A stretch of DNA of 62,153 nucleotides, counting the filler, from Choristocarpus tenellus KU-1152 (taxonomy: Eukaryota > Protista > Phaeophyceae): NCBI GenBank assembly GCA_964200185.2. It is 9 parts of 9 records of this genome, joined end to end, with 100 filler letters (N's around TTAATTAATTAA, not from the genome) between each part and the next. Parts side by side here need not be neighbours in the genome. Positions count along the whole stretch, not along the records: positions 34,687 to 38,524 come from CAXNAD020017642.1; positions 38,625 to 51,949 come from CAXNAD020001526.1; 7 more parts are not named here. One strand, written 5' to 3'. The position numbers and the translations under genes were made by a program. How positions within the stretch are numbered: the stretch's first letter is position 1; the number at the start of each line of letters is the position of its first letter. Positions 36,437-48,909 of this stretch are shown here, piece after piece. The notes beneath the pieces were generated by a model. It saw nothing but the letters and a program-made list of their open reading frames with translations. It had not been told where the DNA came from and ran no database searches.

Positions 36437-38524
36437 TGGAAGAACCAACAATGACCTAAGGGGGGGGGTGAGAGTTATGATGGGACATCAGCTTCGCAAG
36501 GGGGCAAGGTTAGGGCTGTGGCTAGAGATACAGTGGCCATGGGGGCTAGAGCCATATTTGCCCCAAAACCGAAGCAATATTCCTCAAAACAACCTGCGTT
36601 TAAGGGGGATCCAGGGACGTGGAAGAAGTGGAGCAAAACATTTCTTACACGCGCTCTCTCATCGGGATGGAGGGAGCCATTAGTAACCAAGGAACATCTC
36701 AGGGTACTTTTGTTGGAGTATTCCTCAGCGGGTGTGGACCCGTATCTGCACCATGCAGGAGGCGACGGCAGGACCTGCTTTGGACATTGTACTGATGTAT
36801 GAGTCTCTGAGTGAGGTGTTTGCCGCACTGGTGAAGAATTATACCCATTCAGGCCAAACAGAGAGAAATCTCGTGAAACAGCAATTGATGGACATGGTGC
36901 TGTAACCTGGGGGAGATCCTGCTGACATCATCAACCGGCAGGAGGCTCTTATAATGGAGCTGAAGAGCTTGAGAGGTTCCGTGACAGAGGAAGATCGAGT
37001 GGGTTGGCTACAAAATTCACTCTGCAAGGAGTATCTGGACATCTTGCCCCAGATAGATGATGAGGAGTTGGTGGAAAGGAGGATTAAATTGGAAAAATTA
37101 GTCCTTAAAAGATATCAACTGTGCACCATCCAAAGAGGTACGAACTCGGCTGGGGTGAGAGCTGACGCACTGGTGGCTGGACAGCAATGCAGACGCACTG
37201 GTGGGCAACCAAATTGTTGGGAATGTGGTGGACCTCACTTCCGATCTAAGTGCCCACTAATCAAGAAACAGAAGGCGATTGATGGGGGTATTACATGTTT
37301 TGTATGCGGAGAAAAAGGTCATCAAAGCTTCGCTTGTCCGGAAAGAAAATAGGGATAATCAAGGGGTCTGGAATCTTCAAACATCCAGAAGAAGAAGAAT
37401 TGGATGGAGGGGAATGGTTCTAAGAACAAGGGAAGCCCATCAGAGTTGGATGGATCTGGCGAAGGACAACCAAGACTGGCAGGTTTTTCAGTAACCAATC
37501 AAGTGAGTTATCTTGCTAGTAAGGTAAAATCACTTCCTTTCAAAAGGCCATCATGGCTTGAGGTTTGGATTTAGGACAGTGGAGCCACACATAATATTAA
37601 ACGACCAATAAAAACATGTTTAATTGGGAATCTTGTGATGGAACAGTTGCAGTTGGAGGTGGTGGAAGACTTGACATTGTGGGGAAGGGGGACATCAAAT
37701 TGGAATGTGTTCTAAGTGATAAACTGGAGACTGTGGTATTCACAAACGTACTTGTGGTGCCTGATCTTGGTGTGAACGTGTATTCTGCCAAGGCTTGCAT
37801 GTGAGATGGTCATAGTTTCCGGTCTGTCGACTCCACTAGAATCTCAACTTTTAGGAACAACGGGAAAAGAAATCTCACCTTTACATCATTGGGGGAGGAG
37901 GAATTATTCTCTCTAGGAATGCGCTGAGTGAATGTGATGAATTACTCCGATTCTACTGATGCCCCTACCACTGCTACAACACCAATTTCTGGCACACCAA
38001 GAATTAACTTGAGCCGGAAAAATGCATCGATGGATGTCAATGAGCTGCATGTAAGATTAGGCCATGTTCATCAGGGGATGGTGAGGAAATACGGTTCTGC
38101 TCAGAATATCTTACTGACTGGGACTTGGGGACCATTTTGCCGAGGTTGCTCACTCGCCAAAGGACATTGGCATCCAATACCAAAGGAGACTGAGAATCGG
38201 GCCTCGGAAAAGGGGGGGCATGTGTATGTGGACTTGACAGGACCGAAAAAACATCCAAGTAAGGGGAAGGGACATTACTATGCTATGTTCGTGGTGGATG
38301 ACTGCACTCGAATGAGTTTCGGGTAGTGCTTGAGGACCAAAAGTGATCAAACGACAACGTCTGCATTTGAGAGATTCCTGACAGACATGGCGAAGCCCAC
38401 TGAGATAGAGATCAAAGCTGTGCGGACGGACTGTGTGACGGAAGTTACTGGGACTGCTTTTGAGTCGATGCTGGAAAAGTACGGTATTCGACACGAGCAC
38501 ACTGTGCCTGGAGCGCCTCAGTGC
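36437..38524 (+). mobile_element. Degenerate Ty1/copia gag-pol (gag, protease, integrase), cut by the contig end
   Basis: Gag PAFKGDPGTWKKWSKTF; zinc knuckles CWECGGPHFRSKC and CFVCGEKGHQSFAC; protease WI*DSGATH (~37566-37592); pre-integrase LHVRLGH...CRGC; integrase VYVDLTGP, FVVDDCTR and IKAVRTD...GIRHEHTVPGAPQ. Protease followed directly by integrase is the copia order. Multiple stops are present. Confidence 0.92.
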
Positions 38525-38624
38525 NNNNNNNNNNNNNNNNNNNNNNNNNNNNNNNNNNNNNNNNNNNNTTAATTAATTAANNNNNNNNNNNNNNNNNNNN
38601 NNNNNNNNNNNNNNNNNNNNNNNN
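38525..38624. other. Artificial contig-joining linker
   Basis: N44-TTAATTAATTAA-N44. Confidence 0.98.
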
Positions 38625-40440
38625 GGGCAGGCGGGAAGGGGGGGGGGGGGGGGGTGTGGCGGGGGTGGTGGCTGGGGGTGGGGCGGGGGGGGGGGGTGGG
38701 GCTGTGGCTGGGGCTGTGGGTGTGGGTGGAGGTGGACCAGAGACAGAAAGAGTGGAGTCTCTCGCAATGGGGTTGCAAGGGGAATTTTGGGATTTGTAGA
38801 AGGAGCATCAGCTGGGTTGAGCCATGTAGACGTTCTAACTCAAACCAGGTTGCAATGGCGATGATGGACTTGGCAGGTAAAGGGACTCATGTGAAGTTGA
38901 GCCCTGCAGTCTTTGCCCAGTCCAATGCAGCTGACTGGGGGATTTGCATGCTGCAAAAGGCGGTGGCATCTTTGGAGTCAACCTGTGGAGCTATGGAAGC
39001 TGATGGCATAATGAGTGACTTCTAGAGGTGCCTTGCCACCTTGATTGTACAACATTTGATTTTGTGTACAATTTCAGGAGGTAAGGATCAATAAAATGCC
39101 CAAGTCCCTAACCCCTCTCGTCCACCTCCTTTGATACACCCTCTCCTTTGATCTCTGCCTCTCACCTTCAGCCCCTGCCTCCAGCTGTTCGCCCTGAGAA
39201 AATGGTTCCTTTGCAAGATGGCAACAGATGATTGTAAAATGAAGTGACTGGAGCCCAAAATATATTATTCCAATCATAGGGGCACCCTCCACCAATATAT
39301 ATGCCTTTGTGCCTCATTTTCCAACCCCTTCACTGGCCAACTCCACACAGGACCTCTTCCCCATCAGTATCTGTACTCGCCTTCCATGTACTGGAACACA
39401 GACTCACACATATACATTTATAGTACATACATACAACATCACACTCACCCCCTCCCAGATGATCTTTCCCATTGCATGTGCAAAGGTTGCCAGACCGTGA
39501 GAAGTGGAAGAAAGAATGAAGAGGAGGAAACATGTCAACGTCGAAACCTAAAAGGGCTAGCTATTTGGGAGAAGGGAAGGGTTTAAGAATTGACTGCATC
39601 CAGATTTGGTAGAAGTTGCTTTGTCAGTTGGTTCCTGACCCTGTTCCTCTCCTACCCTCTCCTCCCTACACCCTCATCTGTTAGCCCTTCCAGTCCCCCA
39701 TGTCATTTCTCCTCTTCCTTTTACCCTAAAGCAACCTTGATACCAATACATGAATCAGGACATTTCCAAGTATACCCTTGAAGAGTGTGTTATCCCACAT
39801 TTGGACACCAAACAGTACAATCACCCCCTCGCCCCTCCCCCCTCCCCCCTCCCTTTCATTTCATGTCCAGGGTAGCAACCTCATGCGGGCAGGTCTAAGG
39901 CTGAAAGGGGAATATGGTGTCCTCCCTCGAGAAGGCAGTACTCTCCACCCTTTCCGCCCTTTCCTTTCCTTTCCCCAACCACAGGAACAATCGCCACCCC
40001 TTACCCCTCACCTCTCAAGTTGTATACAAACTCAAAAGCTGTACAATCGAGGTGGCAAGGCACCTCTAGAGGTCACCTATTTCACTGTCATTTCCACGGC
40101 TCCACAGGTTGACTCCTAAGATGCCACCGCCTTTTGCAGCATGCAAATCCCCCAGTCAGCTGCATTGGACAGGGTCAAGACTGCAGGGCTCAATTCCACT
40201 TGTGCCCCTTCACCTACCAAGTCCATCATCGCCATTGCCGTGTGGTTTGAGTTAGAATGTCTACAGGGCTCAACCCAGCTGATGCCCCTTCTCCAAGTCC
40301 CAAAATTCCCCTTGCAACCTCATTGTGGGAGACTCCTTCTGCCTCTGGCCCACCTCCACCCCACCCACAGCCCCCGCCCCCGCCCCCCCCCCCCCCCCCG
40401 GCGCAAGCTCCAACCACAACCCTCACCCTTGCAGGCTTGC
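38625..40440. repeat. Inverted duplication: 38625-~39085 vs ~40005-40440, spacer ~0.9 kb
   Basis: For example, GCAGCTGACTGGGGGATTTGCATGCTGCAAAAGGCGGTGGCATCTT in the left arm is the exact reverse complement of the segment near 40118-40163. Confidence 0.9.
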
Positions 40441-41329
40441 CCCTAGTCTTCTTGTGCAGGCAACCAATTGATTCACTCAGGGAAAATTCAACACTCTTCT
40501 TTCGAAGACGGCGTGAGCGTCGGATATTTGCTGTGATGGATGGCTGCACCGTGCTCCAGACTGGATCCACCCTTTGGCGCTTCATCGAACTTCCCTGAAT
40601 ATCATGGTCCAATCCATGCCCTTCCTGAGGTGGGCAACGGAGTGTCCATGTCCTCTTAGTCGAGGATACGCACGTTTGGAGTCATTCCCTGTCGGCACTG
40701 ATGCCACATCAGATGTGTGAGCTGACTCGGCCGTAACCACCCTCAGCAGGACATCCATCTCCTGGAGAGGCACAGCAAATGAGGAAGGAGACATGTAGGG
40801 GAATGAGAACTGTTGAGATAAGTCATTCACTCAATATAAAGGCAGGTTCATATGTTGCTAGGAAACAAAACTACATCATGAATAGATACACCCATTGTGA
40901 TATCAAGATCACAGCTTCAACCTTGTGTGTAGTATTTCAATCTATGCTGGTTTCTTGGTGAAGCAAATAGGATATTGTAGGGGGTATCTTGAAGCAAATG
41001 GGATATCGAAGGGGGGGTATCTTGGTCTCATTGTCCACTAATAAATTGCTAGATCCTTAGGTTGTGGAAAAGAACACACTGTACTCGATACACATGGAGG
41101 ATTCAGAGTATCAAGACTGAATTGAGCACCCTATCTACCACTGGAGCTAATGTATTAGGCTCTGGGACCAAAGCTACGGGGGTTATGCTTTCGAGTTAGG
41201 ACTACAAACGTAGTTCTCTGGGACTAGGGCAACAATCGTGGTGAGTGGGGGGCCAGGCAATGAGAACATGGCTTGTGCTTCTAGGATGAGCGAGAACCAA
41301 CAGTGGGAGTAATTATGGTTACTAGGTGA

Positions 41330-41577
41330 GAGTCAAAGTATCTTAGAGGGTAGGGGCAGGTCCATTTGGGGGCCAAAATCATGTTCGCGATTTTGATGTA
41401 ATTTTGGCTATCTTGTTAGTTAGGAAGTGTCAATATCCTTGTTCCGGACACACACATTTTCATCATGTATACATTCTACCTACTCCGAAATAATTTGGGG
41501 TAGGAAAAAACAATAGGAATCCAAGCCCCAAATGGAGAAACTGTGAAAACCTCATAACATCTAAGGTACTTTTACTC
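41330..41577. mobile_element. MITE family A
   Basis: TIRs GAGTCAAAGTATCTTAGAGGGTAG / ACATCTAAGGTACTTTTACTC. TSD TGA (41327-41329, 41578-41580). Confidence 0.85.
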
Positions 41578-42535
41578 TGAAATCAAAACCCTCTCAACCT
41601 GAGATGTGCTTTGTGGAGTGAGGTGATCCGTGCCAAGAGCTACAAACGGAAATTTTCAGGCAGTATTGTAGGTCATCAAAAATTGTACACAGGCTTTCAA
41701 ATTGAAACAAGTACTATTCCCATACAATAAGTACCAGGATATTTATATAAACCTTGACATCTGCGTACCATACTTCTATCAGAGTCAGCATCAATTTAAG
41801 AGATGGTGCTTGAAGCGGAGCTTGTGCCAGAGGTGGATCCAGCACCTGAGCCTGAGCAGGATCGCTCTCTTTGTGTACAATACGTATGTGCTGAGTGTTA
41901 GGTAAGTGATTGCCACGGGGCTAATCAAAATACCAAGGTGTGATGCCCGAAGTTCAAAATATATCCTTACATAGTTTTGTGGGACAAGAGGGATACAGCT
42001 CCACGCTGAGGCTTACCATCTCAAGCATGACAAGTACTCTGTGACACGCATTTTTTTCACATCTTGATATGAAGAGAGTATCCCTGCAAGGACAGAGCAA
42101 GACCTAACATTCACACTAGTTGGACCTAACTCAATATTTGACTGCTCTGCACTGATATCCTCAGATACGAAACATGGGGGAAGGGGAGAGAATGGTAAGG
42201 TGGTAGCGTTCACGATCAAGAACAGACTGTCAGTTCAAATAAGAATAATTTCAACACTACACCCAGCATTAGATGTTTTGAATACACTTTGCCTCCTATC
42301 TACGTATTAACGCCTTCAGTTTAACTACGTTGTAGTCAATATCAGCATATCAAATAGTGCCCTACTCCCTCAAGTAATAATGTAGAATTAGCCTTAAAGC
42401 TTCAAAATGCAGTATGTCCTAACCAGCAATGGCGACAGTTGTATTTATCCATCCCCTCCAGCAGCACACCCCAAGCCTCATCCAAAAACGTTGGAACCTC
42501 AAACCCATAGGGATATAGCCAGCACTACCCAATAC

Positions 42536-42713
42536 GACCCAAAATATCTGTGGGGCGGGGGGAGTCTGCACAAGAGTAACCATTTGGTCCATAAACAGGA
42601 ATGGTGCACTTATATTATCCTTCCAACGTATGCAACCGAATCACCTAAAATCGCAAGATGAAAAAATTGACCCCAAATGGACAGTCACCACCCCCTTCCA
42701 GATCCTTTGAGCC
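42536..42713 (+). mobile_element. MITE family B, complete copy (178 bp)
   Basis: Ends GACCCAAAATATCTGTGGGG and CCCCCTTCCAGATCCTTTGAGCC, with flanks TAC/TTC (3-bp TSD with one mismatch). Interior colinear with 30-200. Confidence 0.75.
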
Positions 42714-45700
42714 TTCAACCTGTACTCTACTTCACACAAGCCATGAACGTACTCCACCTCCGAGTCACCCACACCACCTTAACGGTAAACTTGCCCTTGT
42801 CCTTGCCCTGTCTCATTCCTTGTGTACAAGCACCGTCTCAAGACCACTCTTCTCCATCCCAGTCGATGAAACCGTCTGATCATCCATCTCCATGGGGCTC
42901 TAATCAACTAGCTCCTTTGTTACAATGGCCACCATCTCCCTCTCCTTTACCTCCACACTGCTGGTCATGACAATCTCCTTGTAACCCTCGATAAGTGTAT
43001 TGACCTTAGGGCTTGGGAAGCCCCACCAACCGCCTCCTTCAAGCCCATATTCCTGCTGTTCTCCACATTGCCACTATCCCACCCAGCATTCATTCCTTTC
43101 GAGGTCTGTGGGATATCAAAGAACAGAGTTGAATCAACCATAGCACGATCAAGACAGGCTAGCACAAGTGGCAAGATCGCGGACCTCGTAGTTGCAGGTC
43201 TAGATTGGAGTCAAACAAATCACATCGCTTTGGTCAGACACTGAAGATATGAACCCCTGGTCTAGTGACAGTATAGTATAGCAGCTCTAATACCTCCACA
43301 ACTTGGCATAGCCAGGTGTATCACATCCTGAGGAGACAGACATTAACACCAAGCCCCAAAGAGTGGTATCACATCAGGGGCAAAGTAACCATGAACTATC
43401 CCCAAGAGTTGGATGTTGTCATTGGAGGGTGACATACACCACAAGAATGCCATTAGTAACAAAAAATAAGACCATTGATGAAGCAGATAACTTGCTGTAA
43501 AATTGTAACTGTAACACATACAGTTTAGGAAATTGTGCCTACACATGCCAAGTGTATTCAGTAGGATGACTCGTGCGCCCCTCTGAAGTCACAGTTGTTT
43601 ACAGAGTGGGTGTGTAGGGACACAAAAGGGTACCCAAAGCTTACCCCCACATCAACGGTGAGACTCGCCCCAGCAGAGTCTGTGTTGGGGCTGACGAGGG
43701 AGTCTGATGACTGAGACTGGACCTGAGTTGTGGTGAGAGTGTACAGGCAACACATTCCACTTGTCCCAAGATCCATGGTTTCTGATGCTGCTGGTGAGGC
43801 TGCTGGTTCTGGTGCCTGATCGACCCTCACCGCCTTGTCAATCCCACCAAAGGCGTTGCCAGGTTGTGATTTCCACTTCCCATCCATGTCATATTGCAGT
43901 GAGGGAGTTAGTAATGGTGTATGCTTGTGGGGGGAGTAATAGATGCAAGAGGTAACATTATGGAGGCATAATATGAAATTGACAACACTGATTGTAGCAA
44001 CAACATGTGGGTAGTTGTTATCAAACTACAGTTGTGGACAAAGCTCCCAGGGTCATTGGTGAATATTGTCGAGCACTAAACGGAAATGAGGATTTCCTTA
44101 GACTAATTGAGGAGCAATTCGTTTTCAAGAGAGATATATCTTCTTTTCACAGGATTCTTATTTACAGCACCAGGTTATGGAAATGCGAGGATTTCACATC
44201 CCACTGACAGGTGCTAACCAAAGCAATTCATCATATATACTAATGTATAGTGCTGCCATGAATATATATATTTTACATGCACCCCCCAGGTGCTCTCTAC
44301 ACTGGCAATAATAGATGTGACAGGTTGCAAACATCTCATGTCACATCAACCTTCTAATGCCTTGTTCTTTTGGGATCAGTACGACCTGGAATCCTCATCA
44401 TTACTGAGATACTAAATCGAAAATCAACAGTAATGCTACTTTCATGTACAAGAACACATCGTGGATTGTTCATCATATCAATCTCAGTCACTTATCGCCT
44501 TGAAAAAATGGAGGCCAAGAGGTGATTCAACAAAACCTGCCCAACATAGACTTGACCATATAGAGCCAAACCACCCGAGATTACATATACTCAGACACAA
44601 TCTGCAACCGGCTTTGCACGGGAAGGGAGTAGAGCCCCACCAATTCGAAGACCTCAAGAGGAGGACAAATCCCTCAGAATAAGAAAGAAATGATGTCATG
44701 TACCGAAGTCTAACCTCTAAACCCAGCTCATACCACCAGTAGAGGGTGAGCATGGAACTGCAAGGTACTGTACTGGTGATGTTTTCAGTATATTGGATAA
44801 CCCCTATGATCCACTGAACTTGCCAAAATTAAGATTGGAGTCTTGAATCAAGTGTGAAAAATATTACTTTCTAACAATGATGGAACAAGTATGTGCCTCC
44901 TCCAGAGTATCTTCCTCAAAATCTTCAACTCTGACACTCGAGACTTGACAGCGGAGAGACCAAGGCTGAGCAATAGCAAGTGAAAATTATTTTTCTGTTG
45001 GGAAAAATTGATTGCCTCATCAAAATCCCAAAGAACAGGGAGACAATGAACTCTTTTGTTTTGAACACCCCAAGCAAGTATTTATTGGATCATTGTGCTC
45101 TGCGTGCAAGGAGCCTCCTGTCAAAATATTTAGACGCACTCCCAACAGACCAATCCCAACGGAATAGAAGTAGACAAGATAGAAATCTCAAACAACTGGA
45201 GCACACATGCTCTAGTTGGCAAGCAATGGGGCACACGACTTAAGAACAAAGCCCAGACCCAACAGTATTGACCAGCCCCAACAGAAGGAGGGGGGAAGAA
45301 ATCCTGAGTAAATTGCACACTCAAATGCCACTACACCCCAATCCTCAATGGTCTACTACAGTAGAGTGCTGTATGTAGAGCATTAACACTTGTTCAGACA
45401 TGTTAAAACCACAGTGCACACTGCCTTCACTTTTTTTGTGTATTGTGATAATTGGAGAGTTCACTTTCACCCCCCCCCAAAAAAACACAAGGCATACTGA
45501 ACTGAACCACATAAAAAAATAATTGACACCTCCGCTCCCACTCTCACCTTGCCACAGTGGTAATAGTACTTGGATTGTCACTCTATACCTTGCTGGTATG
45601 GCCCTCCCAGCCAATCTCTGGAGAATCTTGAACCAGGTTCTTCCACAGATCTTGCATGGACCGGTACCACACGTGCTCCCTAATCTGCTGTCCTGTAGGG

Positions 45701-45849
45701 TGTTCTTTAAGATAAAAGGAAACCATCAGCTGGACCAGAATCCACAGACCTGGACAACAGAGAATAGAAACACACAAATGTCGGTGAGTGTGAGGTTCAG
45801 TACATACTGAGGAAGATATTTGAGTCGGGTGGGGATAGAGGGGTGTTGT

Positions 45850-47300
45850 GGCCATGCCTCCTGACCTGTGAACACGAGACTTACGGAAAGTCATCACTTG
45901 GGAGCAGAACATACTTTGTTGACGGAGCTATTCAGGACGCAAGACACAAAGACACCAAGTACCTCTCACATTGTGCTACAAACAAACTGCTTGCAAAAAG
46001 AACATACAATGCCAATGGAGGCGCTGTTTGGAATAGATCTCTGTTTGGAGTAAATATCTGTACATCATCTTATGCCTACGTCTGTAGTGTTCTGTAAAGT
46101 TCTTGTGCGTACCTGTTATGCCCATCAATTTCCTTTGGTGCTGATATAGTACAGGGCAAGAGGGTACATTCTTCAAAATTTGGAAGAGGGACATGAACGG
46201 ACCACATAGAACAAAAACAAATCTGAACAAATGTCACTCACCCTCAGAGATCACAGAAGGGCGGTCGGGGATCCTGCTCTTGCCATAGCGATATGGAGAC
46301 GACTTTACCTCTGACAGAGCGGAAGCAATGGTCCCTGCTACAGCAAACATGTCAACCTGATGAAGGTTAACCTTATGACTGATGCCACTCTGCTCCAGGC
46401 GGAACTGAGCAGCGACCTACAGGGTGGAGGGGGCAGTACAAGGTTTGGTTGATGCAAGGCGGTAATTAACATTAGGTCAAGCAACTGGGGATCTGAGAGG
46501 AACAGTGGGCCGTGCAGCCTCGAGATGGGGTACATAAATCAGTTCTGCAATCCCAAGCACCATTGTAATGCACATAGACAATAGCGTTATACTAGTAGTC
46601 CATCCCACAGTATAGACCAAGGGACTTTACCCAGGAATTGACAAAAGCGGTGGTTTACTCCTCTACTTAATTGGGACCAGAAAAGGTACAGTTCAGGGGA
46701 TGTACAAGAACTGAGTGATCCAGCAGATAGAGTACACGCCCTCTATCCATGCACCTGCTAGTTGCACCCTTGATTGAGGATATGGTGATGATTCATTCAA
46801 CACAAAAGCAAAGTCTGAATTGTCTACATTTGATAGCCCAAGAGTGAGGCAACACTTCCAAACGATAATGACCAGAGCTGAGTGCTCTAGTACACAAAGG
46901 TAGACCAAAAGACTACTTGATATCAAGACCGGAACACTTGATTAAGTGTTTGTTTAGACGGGTACCTATAGAACATCAATAAAATATGTTCTGTCTTTGG
47001 TAAACCAGGGATGGACGAAGGGGAGGAAGGAGGATAAACCAGAACTCCTACTGAAAGGAATGCTGTATGTATTTGATTTCCCACACACCACAACCATAGA
47101 TAATTGAGGGTTAGTCAGCCATCATCCTTTCTAGGAATATTTTGCAAGACATAAAAGACCTCACCAAACTCACTGAAGAGCATTTTTTTGGAAAACAATG
47201 GGGACAGGGGTGTGTGTCAGGGAAGTGCTTTTATCTGGAATAAGTCACTGGTCAGTGCAAAACAGTCAACCAAAAGCTCAATGCAGAGTGAAACAGCAGT
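45850..47300 (+). mobile_element. Possible highly decayed 3' part of a non-LTR retrotransposon (RNase H-like and Cys/His motifs)
   Basis: Fragmentary motifs in the expected order across frames: TYFVDGA, ILLL..YGDDFTSD, LMKV, then KICSVFG near 46980. Many stops; no RT core seen. Confidence 0.25.
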
Positions 47301-47699
47301 ATATCCATGCCTCTTCCAAGGGGGTCAGAATTATCATGTCATAGAGTACAGGGTACAACTTCAAATATCAAAATGATGTCTTCTGGGGATAGGGGGAGGG
47401 GAGGTGGGGGTGCTATGGTTAGTGTACATCAAGTCCTTTACCGCCTACTCTAGAACAGTAGCAAGAGATTCATCAGCTACATGCTAGGGGTACACCCAAA
47501 CACATCTGCAATCAATGCACTAATGTCAGTGGTCCACCTCTATGCATCAAAAACGGGTATGCTTAGGCAGATGTCTGTGCATTGCAGTTAGTCTTTCCTA
47601 CATGATGAGCTGAATCACGAGAGGGCAGGGTTCAACAGAAACAACTCCATACTCTTGGAATGCAACCTCAACCTCCTGCACACCTCCAACAGTTGCAGA

Positions 47700-47866
47700 T
47701 CACTCCAGACATTGATTGCCCGTATGACAAAAAAAAATTGAAAATAAAAATGTACCGGACCATAGAATAGTTGACGGCCCTGGAACGGACTGCTTACATC
47801 ATTCTAGAACTGGGTCAGTCCACAGGCCAGACCAATCAAATGATCCTGGCCCGGTTAAAGGCCCTG
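47700..47866. mobile_element. Right end of a hAT-like non-autonomous element
   Basis: The terminus CCTGGCCCGGTTAAAGGCCCTG is the inverted counterpart of CAGGGATTTTTGCCGGGCCAGG at 48910. CAGGG ends are typical of hAT elements. Confidence 0.45.
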
Positions 47867-48909
47867 AATACACTTATTTGTCCAACAATAGGTATAGAGG
47901 GGAGTGGGGGGTTAGCATTCATGGTTTGGGTCTACAGTTCCTGTTCACTTTAACATATGTGTTGTTTTCTTGTCTTCCTTGTTGGCAACAGGAGTTCCTT
48001 GCTTTAGAGTGTTCAAACAATATCCTTACCACATCAGGAGTCATGTGTTCTGGAGTGGGTGATGAGAACTGGAAAGCAGACAGTTCGAACATTTCCTGGT
48101 TCAGGTTATCCTTTAGTGGCGGGGATTGAGGAGATGGCAAAGGGAAGCAGTTCACAGGTCGTGCAACCGAGGGGAATTGAGGGGGGAGAAACAAATGGTG
48201 GAACATATCAAACAGATGCTTGAATGCATACGGGACAAAACCAGAAAAAACGCAATATATGTACTGGGGTACCATACCTGAGACAAGGCACTAACACAAC
48301 CTCAGTCACAGCAAAAAAAACACACACAACAACTGATATCTAATTAATCAAAACAAATCCCAATCCTACCAAGTCATGAAGGGGACTGACTCTTGGATAG
48401 AGTTGATTTGATTATGGAATGTGTAGTCAGAAGTAGCCTCTACTGCAGTCACTCCAAGAAGAGAACCTTGTCATTTTCGAGGATCCTTTGCCTCGAGGTT
48501 TCTATGTGAGTCAAAGAGGTCTCGTCTGTCTTGGCTCGCATGCTACACTCATTCCGTGCACCTGGTGAGTGATAATAAACAACACTCTACATTTTGCCTG
48601 CCATGTGGACATCACACCAATTCCATGCTTGCACTGGAAGGCGCACACCAATATCAAGCTCTGGTTCTTGCTGGAAGGTACTATCTAGATAGTGAAAGTC
48701 TACAAGATTATCTACAACTGTTAGCGTATTCATCAAATATTCAGGCATCCAGTGCACAGCAATATTTAGACCTCGAAAGTCATACCCCATCTTGCTCTCA
48801 AGATAAACAAAACAAAGGTTCCCATATGTACCAGTATAGTAGCCATGGGTGCTTACCACAGATTTTACTGTAGAGTAGCAAGCAAGTGAAGATCCATCAG
48901 GCATTTATA

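Noticed and set aside
38569-38808. Pro- or Gly-rich ORFs around poly-G/C tracts (also 40257-40598 and 55613-55975)
   Set aside because: Low-complexity homopolymer translations or antisense shadows.
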